Origin: Lophium mytilinum
Lineage: Eukaryota
NCBI GenBank assembly: GCA_010093605.1
Contig: MU004199.1
Coordinates: 620,001-684,000, forward strand
Reading direction: 5' to 3'
DNA: 64,000 nt
In this document: one piece after another, positions 25,115 through 37,754 of the stretch
Layout of the letters: every line of letters begins with the position of its first letter
Numbering within the stretch: the stretch's first letter is position 1
Made by a program: the position numbers and the translations under genes
Notes under the pieces: generated by a model
Databases searched by the model: none
What the model saw: only the letters and a program-made list of their open reading frames with translations
What the model was told of the DNA's origin: nothing

Positions 25115-27683
25115 ATGTACAACTACCAAGGCGTGTGGCTCTATCTATCCCGCGACATTCGTCGCTCAATGTACTTTGGTACTGACAGAAACAGCACCCG
25201 GCCAGTTCCAGCGACCTCCATCAGGCTATGGAGCACCACCAGGCATGCCTCCTCCCCCAGGGATGGGTGAGTCTTTCCATTATGCATTCAAAGCGAGCGC
25301 ACTACTAACAGCTCCAGGCGCACCACCAGGTATGCCCGCACCAGGAACAGTCGCACCGCCTGGCATGGCGCAAGCTCAGGGCTCACTCCCAGGACGACCA
25401 GCGGGCCTCCCGCCTAACTTCCAGCCTCCCGTAAACATGCCCAACATCAACTTCAACGCGCCCGTCATTCGCCTAGGAACCTCTGGACCGACCCGACAAG
25501 ACTCCTCAGGAGGGCGTAGGGATAACGCTGCAGACTCTGGATCGGCTGGTGGCCGACGAGGCCTGGGTCATGAGTACAGAGGCGCTGATCGGGGGTTTCA
25601 GATGCGGGAGCCTCTCGTCAGTCTGAACCCGCCTACGAGAGAAGAGATTGCGCGCACCATATTCGTCAACAACATCACGGAGGCACTCGGAAACAAGTCA
25701 GGGGGAGGCGATGACTTTGATCATGATTTGCAGAGGATTCTACGCTGTGCTGGTGGTTTGCGGAGGTGGACACGAGCTACGGATGCGAATGGCCAGCCTT
25801 GCAAGTTTGGATTTGCCGAGTATGAAGATTCTCAAGGCCTGGCTACCGCTGCGAAAATCTTTCAAGATATTGAGGTTCCGGTGAAGAAGCAGGAACCGAA
25901 GGCCAAGAGAGATGTTGAGAAGGAAGGCGTAGATGGCGAGGAAGAGAAGAAGAAAGTCGAAAAGGCCACTCTTCAGGTCAGTTTCAATATTGAGAACTAC
26001 GATATTTTTACTAACTAGCATGCAGGTCGTTGTGGACGAAGCCTCCGTCAAGTACGCCGACGAATGGCAAGAACGCAAGAAGGAGAGCGAGGAGGAAGTA
26101 GAATTCCGAACCGACACAGCTAAAAACAATCTTGCAGATGTCCTCGCAAGCCTCTTCAATCCTCCTCCTCAGAACAGTATCGATGCAGACGTAGCTATGT
26201 ATGGAGATATGGTCATGCAGGGCGGCGACGTGAAGCCTGAGGGAACAAATGCGGAAGTTGTCACAATCCCACTGACTGTCGAGGACGAACTATCAGATAT
26301 CCCCGAAGACATGCGCGAAACAGTCGCAGCAGAGATTTCAGCATTCAGAGATCGGAGCCACAGACGAGATATGGAGCGATTGCGGCAGGAAGAAGAATTG
26401 GAGGCCGCGCAATGGGCTAGGAATGTTGCTGGTTCGAAAGCGAACCGGCTAGGATCTCCTCCTCGTTCAGCTCCTCTCGGTCCTGCAGGAGGTGCGAACG
26501 GCATACCAGTCGGTCCTAGGGGGGAACGTGGAGTGCATGGTGCTCCCAGCGGTCCAAAAGGTTTTGGTGCTCAGATCCCCAAGGATTACCAAGGTGGAGT
26601 TTCGTTTGTCAATGGTGGTACTAACGGATCTGGATCTGCAGGCTGGCTGAAACGCGACGATGAAGACGACTCAGCAAGCGATTCTGAGATCGAGCGCCGA
26701 CACAAAGCCAAGAAGGAGGCTGATCTCGAAAAACAGTATCTCGACTACGAGCGACGCTGGATCAACCGGGAGAAGAGTCGTGGACTGGCCCTGGAACGGG
26801 AGAAGGCCCGTGACACTCAAGAAGAAGCCGACAAAGAGAAGGTGGCAGCTGAAATGGCCAAGAAGCTTAAGGATTGGAATGATGAAACCGAAGCCACTAC
26901 AAAATCCCACGAATACTACAGAGATCATGTCGTCTGGGCCCGAAAGCGGGCGGACGTGCGTCTGCGGGAACTCCAGGCCGATAACATAGACCGCGAGCAG
27001 GAGAAGCGAGACAACGCCCACAAGGACCGGCTACGCAAGAAGGAACGTGATATGGCTGATAACTTTTTGGACCAGCTATACCCCGACGTACCGGCTCAAG
27101 AAGCGGCTGCTCCCTTCAAGCTATCTCTCGGAGCCGCCGCGCAGAAGGTCAATGCTGCTGCTGCACCGCGCCGTTCTGCTGCTGAGATTGAAAGCTTGCT
27201 CGAAGACGAAGAGGAAGAAGAGGTCACTACTAGGCGCGTGCTTGTCCCTATCCAGATCGATACTGCGGCAGAGGCAGCTAGCTTGACACCAGAAGAACGC
27301 AAAGAAGCTACTCGCCAACTCGCTCAGACCATTCCCGTGTCCAATAAGGAGGCCCTCTTCAGTTGGGAAGTCAAGTGGGACTTCTTCGATGACGCAGCGC
27401 TGGAGGGGACTATCATGCCATTCGTTGAGAAGAAAATTATGGACTACCTCGGCGTGCAAGAGCAGCAAATGATTGACTTCATTGGCAATCATCTCAGGAA
27501 TAGGGGAAAGCCCGAGGATTTGGTGTCAGAGTTCGAAGCGGTAAGTTGCCGTCCCCGTCCAGAAGCTTGGTGATGTACTAATCCTGTGTATAGCTGCTTG
27601 ATGACGACGCGGAGCAGTTCGTCATGAAGCTCTGGCGTATGCTCATCTTCTGCTCGGAGAGCGCGGCGAAGGGACTTTCTTAG
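25115..27683 (+). CDS. SNU71: U1 snRNP-associated protein Snu71/Usp107 (RRM, coiled coil, PWI), 5 exons
   Basis: MPNINFNAPVIRLG, RRM with CKFGFAEYED, EDELSDIPEDMRETVAAEISAFR, PWI domain PFVEKKIMDYLGVQE...FVMKLWRMLIF; stop TAG 27681-27683. Confidence 0.9.
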
Positions 27684-29403
27684 TCTGCCACTCGACTGAT
27701 GCATAAAACCTCTCTGCCTCGACATTGGTCATACTTTTTTCTTCACTTCAAAAGAATTTCGGTTGCTGACCATTTGGATTCCAATGGCGTGATTAGTGTG
27801 TTGGCAGCAGGTCAAACAGGCGAAAGATGGCGAGGCGGATCCTGGCGACGGCGATCGAGTTGGAGGGTCCCCAGGCTCCAGGTGTGTATGATAAGTAGTT
27901 GCTATGGACACAGATTGAGACTTTCAATAGGTCAAAGCAAATCGCCAGATGCCCGCCTGTGACCGTCCAGAAGTTCGAATCGAATGACACGTATGTTCTC
28001 ATCGCACTTGATCTTGCTGACCTTCTAGTATCAACTCGCCTGGAAGCCATAGCGCAACCGCTGGAGCATCTGACAAGATATTCGAATCTATTAGCATGTT
28101 CTAGGCACGTAAACTTCGTTTCGCTAACATGAAACAATGCAGCGGGGTATAAGAGGTAGGTCGCAAGCACTTGACGTAGTGCTTGTGAAGTCTTAACGTG
28201 ATATTCCTCCATTACCTCGGCTACGACTAATCGATATCGAGAAGTATTATGATAAAACAACTGTGAAACCATTTAGTAAGTGGGATTACACAATGACTGC
28301 CCTGTTAGTTTATAGTTGGCTACTCAAGAACTCATACCTCTCTTTTCTTGGAGACAGACCTGAGGCCTGATTTCTGTCCGGAAAGGGAAACAAGCTTCTT
28401 ATGCTTCGATAATTTGGTGGACTGACAAGGGCAAAATTGGGTGTAACAGACGTATATAAATAGCACTTACATGAATGATCAGAGCACCAGCCAAAGAAAT
28501 TGCGCTCGTCATGGAAGTTATAGCCCTGTCTAACCTCGCACAAATCTGTCTTGTTTCCCAAAAGAGCAGCTGGAATTTGTGAACGAGCTTCTCCCGTGAG
28601 CGTTTCATGATAGACGTTGAGTGAGGTCATTCTCATACCCCTGAGAGACAGATCGACTGCTTCTCCACACGCCAAGGCCCCCCTGTCAGCCACTCACGAT
28701 GTCGTCCAGCCTCGCTGCCAGCTCCCCATCATCCCATCATCTTACCTTGTCAGACATCAGCCACTCACAACAGCACCACTCTAGATCAGTTGCTCCAGAA
28801 ACGAACGCAATAGCTCGATTTGGACGAACAAATAGTCTTAGTGCGCGCTCATTGCCCAATGTCAGCTCAGGCTACCCCTGTGCCGTGGTTACAGCATGAC
28901 GTCTGCAGCAAGAATCGCCCCAGACATGTATCGATCGGCCGGTCCGGCATCATCGTAGGGAACTAACGGCCGAATAATCTATTTACGCTTCACGAGATGC
29001 GGTACCCCGGGTTTGGTTGTGGGTCGCAGCTGACCTTTCCCAGCCTCTCCCGCTGCGCCTTACATCGTCACTAACGACAGATCTCCTGCCTCTTATATAG
29101 CTCCGACCTTTCTTATTTCTTCACTCACGACTGCCTCACCTTCAAACCTCTAGTTTCACGCGAAAGACATCTTAATTTCGAATTGTTGTTCTTAAAGCCA
29201 CCTCGATCACCGACTTCCAGCCACACAACCCCAACCACCTATCAACCCAGTCGATGAACCAACTATAACGCTTCCCACTCCGAGTCGTTCTCCTTCAAGC
29301 AAAATCACCTATCCATTGGGCATACCCTCAACACTCAAATAAATCGACTTCACCCCCACCGAACCACCTCTGAACTCAAACAAAAACCTCCAAACCAACC
29401 ACA

Positions 29404-29889
29404 ATGCTCTCAATAACCCTCCTCTCCACCCTCCTCCTCGCCACATCCGCCTTCGCCATCCCCCTCAGCAAACCCATCAGCAAACCTCTCACCCCCCGAG
29501 CCGGCGGCCCCGCCTTCACCCCCATCCCCGCCACCTGCCCCGTCTACACCGTCCTCCCCGTCCCACTCTCCTCCTCCCCGCCCCGCTACGCGCCCCTCGC
29601 CAGCGTCGACACCTCTAACCAAGTCTACGCCGCTTACTGGGACCCGTCCTCGACAAACGACACAGACGTCTACATCGGGTGCTTGGAGCAGTGCAACGGG
29701 TTCAGCGGGTGCAAGGCGGCGTATATCGCGTGGGACGTGCCGACGCCGGCGGGGTACTACGGCACGCCGGGGGGCGATCTGATGACCGGGTGTTTGATGT
29801 ATAACCGTACGTTGGTGGTGGGGGATTTTGGGGTTGCGAAGGAGGGGACGCATCGGGATGGAAGGATGGGGAATTTGAGTTGTAAGTAG
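29404..29889 (+). CDS. Small secreted Cys-containing protein (161 aa), effector-like; possible PAN/Apple-type module
   Basis: Clear signal peptide MLSITLLSTLLLATSAFA; pro-region ending PR; 6 Cys including CLEQCNGFSGCKA...CLMY; TATA-like element near 29093. Confidence 0.85.
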   Translation: MLSITLLSTLLLATSAFAIPLSKPISKPLTPRAGGPAFTPIPATCPVYTVLPVPLSSSPPRYAPLASVDTSNQVYAAYWDPSSTNDTDVYIGCLEQCNGFSGCKAAYIAWDVPTPAGYYGTPGGDLMTGCLMYNRTLVVGDFGVAKEGTHRDGRMGNLSCK

Positions 29890-31315
29890 GGGGGTGGGGT
29901 GGGTTGGCGTTTTTGGGGGGTGCATTTTAGCGATGGGATGGTTGGGATGGGATGGCTAAAAGACGTTTAATGATTGCGAGATGATTCCAAGGTTAATGAA
30001 GATGCTTTCAATCCAATAGTACACACTATTCCTGCGGTATGGTGAACTTTGTTGCTTTTATCATCTCAGAGGTATAACTAGTGTAGAGGACGGAAGAAGT
30101 CACTACGGTTGCTATCAATGGTATTAGGGACACATTGGTAGGTCCACTGATTTAGAAGGCTTAATATAGCATTTGGCAAAGAGAAGTAACGCGGGGTGCT
30201 TGGTTTGCACGCAAAGTGGGAATTGCGTATCCAAAGCAACCCAAAATAAGTGGTTAGTAGAGTCGAAAGAGAAAGAGTTAGGTCATCAACTTTGATAGAT
30301 GGTTTTGAGGTCGGCAGTTGGTATGTATCTTCATCGACGACTCGGGATTCTGTTTTCATCAACGGTCCAACAGTACGCAGAGGATATAGAAAGCAACGCG
30401 TGGTGATAGATTGAATGTTTAGGCAGCATCATGGTGTTTGCAGGAATATGGGACACGTTGGGTGGTTTTCCTAATTGGGATTCTTACCAGGAAAATCTCA
30501 AGCCCTGGGGAGGGTTTATAAATGAGTCATCACAGATGTGTCTACTACACGAAATAGAGTTCTCCCTAGATTTGGGATGCCCGGCTGTGGTCGATCGAGT
30601 ATAGTCACGTGCAGGACTCAGGCCGTCACACCGTCTTTGTATGGCTCTTAGAGATATTTTCATGGTAATCGTCGTCTTCGTCCATCGCCTCCCGTTCACT
30701 TCACCTAATAAGTTTTGAGTTGAATCGTTTAATGAAAGGATCGAGCGGTCTCACCTCTCTTCGACGATGATGCGGCTCTGTTGCTCGAGAGGCAGCAGTC
30801 AGGCTCTGGGCGCAGCACGACATACTGCAGACATCCGATTTGCATCCTTCATCATCAAAGGCATTTCACGTTTAGAATAAACCTACCTCGATTTCGGGTT
30901 TAACGGCGCGTTTATCATTTTCCAACATTCACGAACCTACTCAAACGCCGCCATCTATTTGTCCAAAGCAACGCTTTGACAACCTTTTCAATGATCCGGT
31001 CTACGGTCCGTTACATTGTGCCCAAATTATTCTACGCTAGACGTCGCCTCAAACGGCGGCATCACGCATGCGTTTCACCTAGTAGCACGGTACGAAACCG
31101 AAGACACTGCATTTTCATAGCTCTATACGTACGAACACAGGCATGTTCCAGTTCGCGCTTACAAGTCTTTGTCATCACGAGTGCCACATTTCCAGCCTCA
31201 CGAATCCACTCAAATACCGCCATTCGCCTGTTTAAAGCCCGCCATTACGCCCCTTTCAATTCGAAACGTTTCATCTTTAAATAATATGTGCTATGGATGC
31301 TAGTTGTCCTGTATG

Positions 31316-34300
31316 CGGGCGGTCTCCGGGCAGGCCCCTTAAAAAGGCCCCTTCGTCACGTGCTAATATAGCCGAATTTTGTAAACATTACAATACTTAC
31401 AGGCCTTACGGGCCTTATACGCAACACTAAAAAATTAATAACTCTATTAAATTTTGCGGGTTTCTTCTACTATATTATAGCCTTATTAAACACTATTAGA
31501 TTATTATTTTTGCGGGCGCGTTTTATTCCTAGGGCCTTATTAGGTCCCTAGAATAATGCCGGGCGCTTTAAATTTCTACCCGTTTTTCTACCTCTTTTTC
31601 TACCTCTTTTTCTACTACCTTTAGGACGCCCTCTCTTAGCCTTCCTAGGAGAACTAGGACTATTATCTAGAATAGGCTTAGCGTTAAGAATTAACTTATT
31701 TAAGCCTCTAATATTTATACACCTATAGTTATATTAAATAGGGTTCTAGGGCGGCAGCCCTATACTCTTAGTATACTAAGAAGCTAGCGGAGGCAGGATT
31801 AGCTATAAATTTAGGTATAGATCTCTATGCGGCGTGCCGTATATAATATTTTTATTATCTAAATTACTAAGAAATATATCCTTATTAATTTTAATATCCT
31901 TCTCTAGCACCCCTACTTCTTTCTTATACCTTTTAGCGTGCTCTATAGGCTTCTTCTCCTTCTTATTCTTATTACTACTACTCTTATTAACGTTGTTTAG
32001 CTCTTCTATAATACTAGCGTTAAATTTTATAAGGTTATATATTAGCTTAGTATTAATCTATAGAGTCCTTCTTCTTTTAGCCTAAGCCTCTTTTTATAAA
32101 TAAGCATTAGTAGAACGCTTAGTAACCTCCGCACTAGTTAAAGCCCGCTTATTTATCTGCCTGTATTGTTTTCTATATTATAGCTAAGAAAGCCTTAATA
32201 GTATAATAGCAAATTCCGTATTACTTTATAGTTAATAGAGCTTAGCCTTTCTCTCTAATTACTTTATAATCTTAGCCTCTAAGGCCTTAATTTATATAGT
32301 AATCTTAGCCGCGTTATTATCTAGAAGGCCTGCGCAGGCGTTAATAATATAAAGGGCTAAGTCTTACATTTTATTAAGCTTAAGAATATATTCTAATACT
32401 AAATTACTATAGAGAACTATACCCTCTATAAAATAAGGCTACTAATTCTCTTAAACCTTATAGGCTAATATAATATGCTAGCGGGGGTAAATATATTCTA
32501 AGGAAATAGGCGTGCCTATAAGGATTACACGCAGGAGGTAATACGCGCACGGTAGGCTAAATTAACGCGGGTTATTGCATATATAAAGAGACGGAGTCTA
32601 ATCCTTATTAGTATACCGCGTGCGCTCTAGAAAAGGCAAGGCGTAAGCTTTATAGAGTAAATTAAATACCTAGAGAAGCGTAAAGTAAGTAATCTTTCTA
32701 TTAATAGATGTAAAGAATATTTAGTAATAATTAAGAGTAATTTTTCTAGGTAGGGCGGTCTTATACTAATATTCTTTCTCTCTTAAATAGTATTCTAGAA
32801 TATTAATCTACTCTTTTAATTTTCTTACGCATCTATTAAGGCTTAGCTAGGGGTTTATAAAGTACTTTAAGGCTCTATTTATACCTTTAGAGTATATAGA
32901 GCTAGCAGCTCTAAAATTTAGAAGCTTTCTAGCAAGGTATAAATTAATAAAGTTAAATAAGAAAATAAGATAAGGCAGGCAGTATAACGGGTACGCCGGC
33001 GTAATATAATATATATAGGCCGTGCATAGGCTACCCTTATATATTTTTAGTTTATAGTAAGTATATAGGTAAAAATAGATAGGCTACAGGGCCTTATATA
33101 TAAGCTTGCATCTATCTATATATAAGATTAATATAGAAGGCGTACTAAGTATACCTCTATATACTAAATTCTTATAATATATCTATCTTTAACACACGCG
33201 GAGTATATAGATAATAAAAATAATAGAAAAATTTAAAATAATAATAAAAGAAGCTCTAAAACTTACTAGATATAGACTATTATTAAGTACTCTTCTTTCT
33301 TTATATACGTGTTCTAGAACTAGGGCTTATTAATTTTAAGAAGGTAATCTAAAACCGCTTAGTAATTTTTTTTAAGCTCTTCTTCTATCTTAGATTAAAT
33401 ATATAGCTAGAACGTAGCCTTAGCTACCTTTCTTTTAGGCTAGGTATAGCCCTTACCTTTATTAATACTATTATTAATACGCTTCTTTATTGCCTTTATA
33501 GCATGCCACTAATAAAGCTATAGAATAATACTAATAAACTTACCCGCTAAAAGGGTAGCCCTTAGCCCCTTTTTAAAGTTAGCTATAATTACCTTAGGCC
33601 CGCAGTTCTCTTACTATATATTTCTATTAGCTGCGGCTAATAGAAAGGCCTAGAAGGCCTTATCCTCCTCCTTTATAAGAGACTATATAGCTAGAAAGAA
33701 GCATCTAGTATTTATTACGCCTATAATAAGGCTAAGCTTTAGCTTTACCCTATTTATATTAAATATAGCGTCTATTTAATAATAGTAGTCTATAATAAAG
33801 CGCTTACTAAGATTCTTCTAGCCTAGTAGCTAGAAGACTACTTACTTAAGATTACGGGTAATATAGTGGCCGGTGCGCGGGTTAACTTTATAGAAGTAGT
33901 AAGAGTAATATTTAAAGCTATTTTTATAGAGAGATAGCTCTAAGGTAGAGAGGACGTTCTACTTTATATATATATTATATAGAAGAGTATATAGCTTATA
34001 AGCTATATTATAGTACTTTTTTTTAGATATTTTTAATTCCTGGAGCCCTAGTTAACGCGCTATAGTTGCATAAGTCTCTCCTATATAGCGTAGCTTAATA
34101 GTATAGTAATAGGCCTTAATAGCCTTAGGCTAGCAATCTTAGTAAGTAATATAGGCTATTAGATTAGGCATTATTAAGTGCGCGGCGTGTAGAACCGCAC
34201 TATATTTATAGATGTAATTAGAGTATATAACTATAGAGATCTAGGTATAGTTCTCTAGGTTTTTATATAGCTTCTTATAGGCTATATAAACTACCTATAA

Positions 34301-35583
34301 GTAGTTAAATTATAATACTATAGTATCCTCTCTCTACCTGCTACTAGGCCTCTTCTTCTTAAAGTCTATAAGCTTGTAATAGTTCTAAGTATTCTTACTA
34401 TAGTATTTATAAATAATATAAATATGCTGTTTTTTAGTATCTTTCTATAGTAAGCCGCTATTACGTACGCCTAAAAACCCCTTAAAAAAGAAGTAATTAA
34501 GGTACCTCTTAATAGCCTTATCTAGCGTCTTATACGCCTTACCGTTCTTTAGTTTATAGAGGTAGTAAGCCGGAATTTAATTAATTATCCCTTTAATAAT
34601 GGGCACTAATTAGAGGTGCAATTAGGGGCTTAGAACCTATAAAGGGTAAGGCGCGGGGGGCGTTAAAGGGTTAGAATTAAGCTAGGGCTTATTAGAGAGT
34701 ATATAGTAATATTCTAGGGCTATAGAAGTATAGTAGTAAGAAGTTATATATATATAATATTCTTAGTAAGTAGGTAATAACTTAATAGAATCTAAAAGTA
34801 ATAGAAACTTAGTAGAATACGCTGGTGGACTACTTTTAGTATAATTTATAGAGGCTAGAGTCTTAAAAGGTATAGAACTAGAGCTCTAGATACTTAGCTA
34901 GTATAAAAGTACACTCTATATAGGTGTAAGAGGTGTAAGAGGTATTAATTTAATTAGAATTAGCCTCTCTTTATAGCTAGGCGTATAGCTATAGGCCTAG
35001 CCGTTTATATAAGCATATAATTAAGTAAATTAAGTAGGCTATAGGCGTAAAGGCTGCATAAAATAGAAAGGCTATTAATAGGAAGACTATATATAGGCTA
35101 AGTATAGTAATAGAATAATATAAGATAGTAGAGAAGGCCTTTTAATTAAGAATTTATATAAAGGAAGAGGGCTTTCTTTATTATCTAATAATAGATTAAA
35201 TATTACATATATAGAGAATAGATAGAAAATAAAGATAGAAGAGAGAGAAGCTATTTAACATTAAAATTAATAAAATTAGTAAGAATTTCTATATTAAATA
35301 CACCTATATAGGCGCGTTAAGTGCGCAGTTCCCCGCTATTAATTAATAACGCATTCTTACTTCTATCTAAACCCTACGCGCTGGCTATAATGCGCGGACA
35401 CGTAGCTATTAATCTATCGCGTTAGATTCTAATTACAATAAATATTAGTAGAGTTGTAATTTTTTATATAGGGGGCTACTAACGTAGTAGTGTTAATTTT
35501 AAAGATTTTGTGTTGTTCATAAAATAAGCTAGCGAGCACGTGACGAAGGGGCCTTTTTGAGGGGCCTGCCCGGAGACCGCCCG
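31316..35583 (-). mobile_element. Full-length Mutator-like (MULE) DNA transposon, RIP-inactivated, ~50-bp TIRs, 9-bp TSD TCCTGTATG
   Basis: TIRs CGGGCGGTCTCCGGG(G)CAGGCCCCT.AAAAAGGCCCCTTCGTCACGTGCT at both ends. TSD at 31307-31315 and 35584-35592. Extreme TpA excess. Minus-strand relics: IDAIFNINRVKLKLSLIIGVIN (~33790-33710; cf. DATFNTN), PKVIIANFKKGL (~33597), L*LY*WHA (cf. LQLCxWH, ~33520), LPCAYY (SWIM-like, ~32565), AKRGRPK (~31640). Confidence 0.95.
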
Positions 35584-37301
35584 TCCTGTATGTTTGGACC
35601 TGGTTGCGCCGGTTGCGCGGCCCTACCACCTCATGACCATGAGAGACATTTGTATATCTGCAGAACGATGCCGATCCTGTGCATTGCTTCGCGATATTCT
35701 TTCCAAATCAAGTCATGAGTCTCGTTCTCTGGACAATCTTCTAAGGCTAGATGGCGGTATCCAGCTTGGCCGACCGTTACAGCTGCGAGAATTGTACGGC
35801 GAACTCAAGTTGGACATCTTCTGCCCCCAGTTACCAGGTGGGACTACCAACTGAATCTCTACCCTTGATACGAGAGTACAACCTTATTTAGAATACTCAT
35901 AAAAGCTGTTCTCTGCTAATCTGAGCTAGGCGCCGAGGGTGAGCCTATACATCCTAATCTCATTTCATACCCTCCAGTTGAGGCTCATGCTGGATCCCCA
36001 GCCTGCATAGCACTGGCCATATCATGGCTGAAGGACTGCTTGGAGAACCACCCGCTTTGTGATGCCGATGGACCTCTCACCATGCCGAAGCGAATTCTTC
36101 AAATAGAGTCTAGCGACATTCCACAAGCACCTTTTCGGATCCGACTCCTGAACACCAACGATAAATTCCAACGTTACGTCGCATTATCTCACTGCTGGGG
36201 ATTAGAACAGCCCCTCACCACCGAGGAGGCTACTGTCGATGCGTGGATGATGGACATTCCATGGGTTCAGCTACCTAAAACCTTCCAACATGCAATCGAA
36301 ATCACAGCTTCACTAGGCTGTTCGCACCTTTGGATTGACAGCTTATGCATAATTCAGGACTCCAGAACTGATTGGGAGGAACAATCGGCACAAATGGCAG
36401 CCATATATCAGCATGCTGTTGTCACAGTAGTAGCTGCGTCAGCTGCTAGTGACACGGAGGGCTTCCTTGGACCAAGACCCAAGCGTCTTAACGGGACCGT
36501 ATTGTTCCATCCCGAAGGTCCCAATATGTCACCCAGACCGGTTGCGTTCCGAGAGAGTTTATCCCATTACGACGATGATGTCGCTTCGATTGACCCCCTA
36601 GAGAAGCGGGCATGGGCGTTTCAAGAACGCCTGTTATCGGCCCGTGTGTTAGTTTTCTCCCTCCACGAGCTCCGTTGGGAATGCAACATTATGGGATGTT
36701 GTGAATGTCATGGTTATGATGAACATAGCGTGACATGGCACGTAGACACACCCCATCCGTACAGTCGCGCCATGTTCTCTCGGAAAAATCGACGTGATCT
36801 TTACTTGTTTTGGTATAACGAGATCATACCACGGTTTACGCGTGCGTCCCTCACCAAAGGAAACGATAAGCTCCCCGCGCTGTCGGGTGTCGTACAAGTT
36901 CTCAGTAACATTCTTGAAGATCAATATGTCGCTGGCGTCTGGTATGATGGATCTATAGAAGGCCTATTATGGATGGGCCGGAACAGGGGGAAACACCATA
37001 TAAGCGGCACCTACCGTGCTCCATCGTTCAGCTGGGCCTCGCTCGACTGTGAGGTTATCTACGATACGTATGGGGCATTTGCTAAAGAACTATTGTTCAC
37101 CGAAGTCGTCGAACTTCGATGTACTCCAGCAGGACTGGACCCATTCGGCGAAGTACTGGACGGCTATGTTATCCTGAACGGTCCCCTTGTTTCTGCTTGG
37201 CTACATTTCTCACCAGAGACCGAACTTGTGCCAAAACTTACGTTTCAACCAGCAGAAACAACAGCCTGTGATGAATACGTCAACTTCCAGCCTGATGTTA
37301 T

Positions 37302-37410
37302 GCTCGCGGTGTCGCCCCTTCCTCACAGCTTTCCATGGCCTATCACTGCTCACCCTACGCTCGCTGTGTCACCCCTTCATCCCAGCTTTCCATGGCCCGT
37401 CACTGTTCAC
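37302..37410 (+). repeat. 57-bp (19-aa) tandem duplication inside the HET C-terminal region
   Basis: LAVSPLPHSFPWPITAH / LAVSPLHPSFPWPVTVH. Confidence 0.9.
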
Positions 37411-37754
37411 CGAGCAGAGATTGATCCAGGAAGGATCGAGGGAAGTTATCGCTGTTTGCTAATGCGTTTGCGTACGGTTGATATAGGAGACTATTACTTA
37501 GTCCTTGGGGCGTCACTCCGAAAGCCGGGAGCGTTCGAACGGCTTGGAATGGTGGTTCTTAGTGCAGATAGGTTAAAGGCGGTAATTTGGCAAGGCTTCA
37601 AGGACGCCACGAAAGCACAATTGACTATCGTATGAAAGTAGGAGAAAGACACAGGCAACGATGATAGCAATTGGCGGCGCTCTACGCGCTTCTATGCAGT
37701 TTTTTCACTCTACCGCATTCCTGTGTCTGCTACTCTACATATTCGGCTATTCTC

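Larger units (their letters stand above)
31293..37635 (+). pseudogene. HET-domain (PF06985-type) heterokaryon-incompatibility-like gene interrupted in exon 1 by a MULE insertion
   Basis: Reconstructed exon 1 = 31293-31315 + 35593-35838 (MDASCPVCLDL...SAERCRSC...). Intron ~35839-35929. Exon 2 runs to 37635 with YVALSHCWG, LPKTFQHAI, LWIDSLCIIQD, RAWAFQERLLS, DKLPALSG, APSFSWAS. Confidence 0.88.

Noticed and set aside
31834..32085. Hydrophobic 83-aa ORF inside the AT-rich island
   Set aside because: Antisense artefact of the RIP-mutated transposase.
31316..35583. AT-rich island as horizontally acquired, mitochondrial or centromeric DNA
   Set aside because: Bounded by TIRs plus a TSD and dominated by TpA; fully explained by RIP of a MULE.
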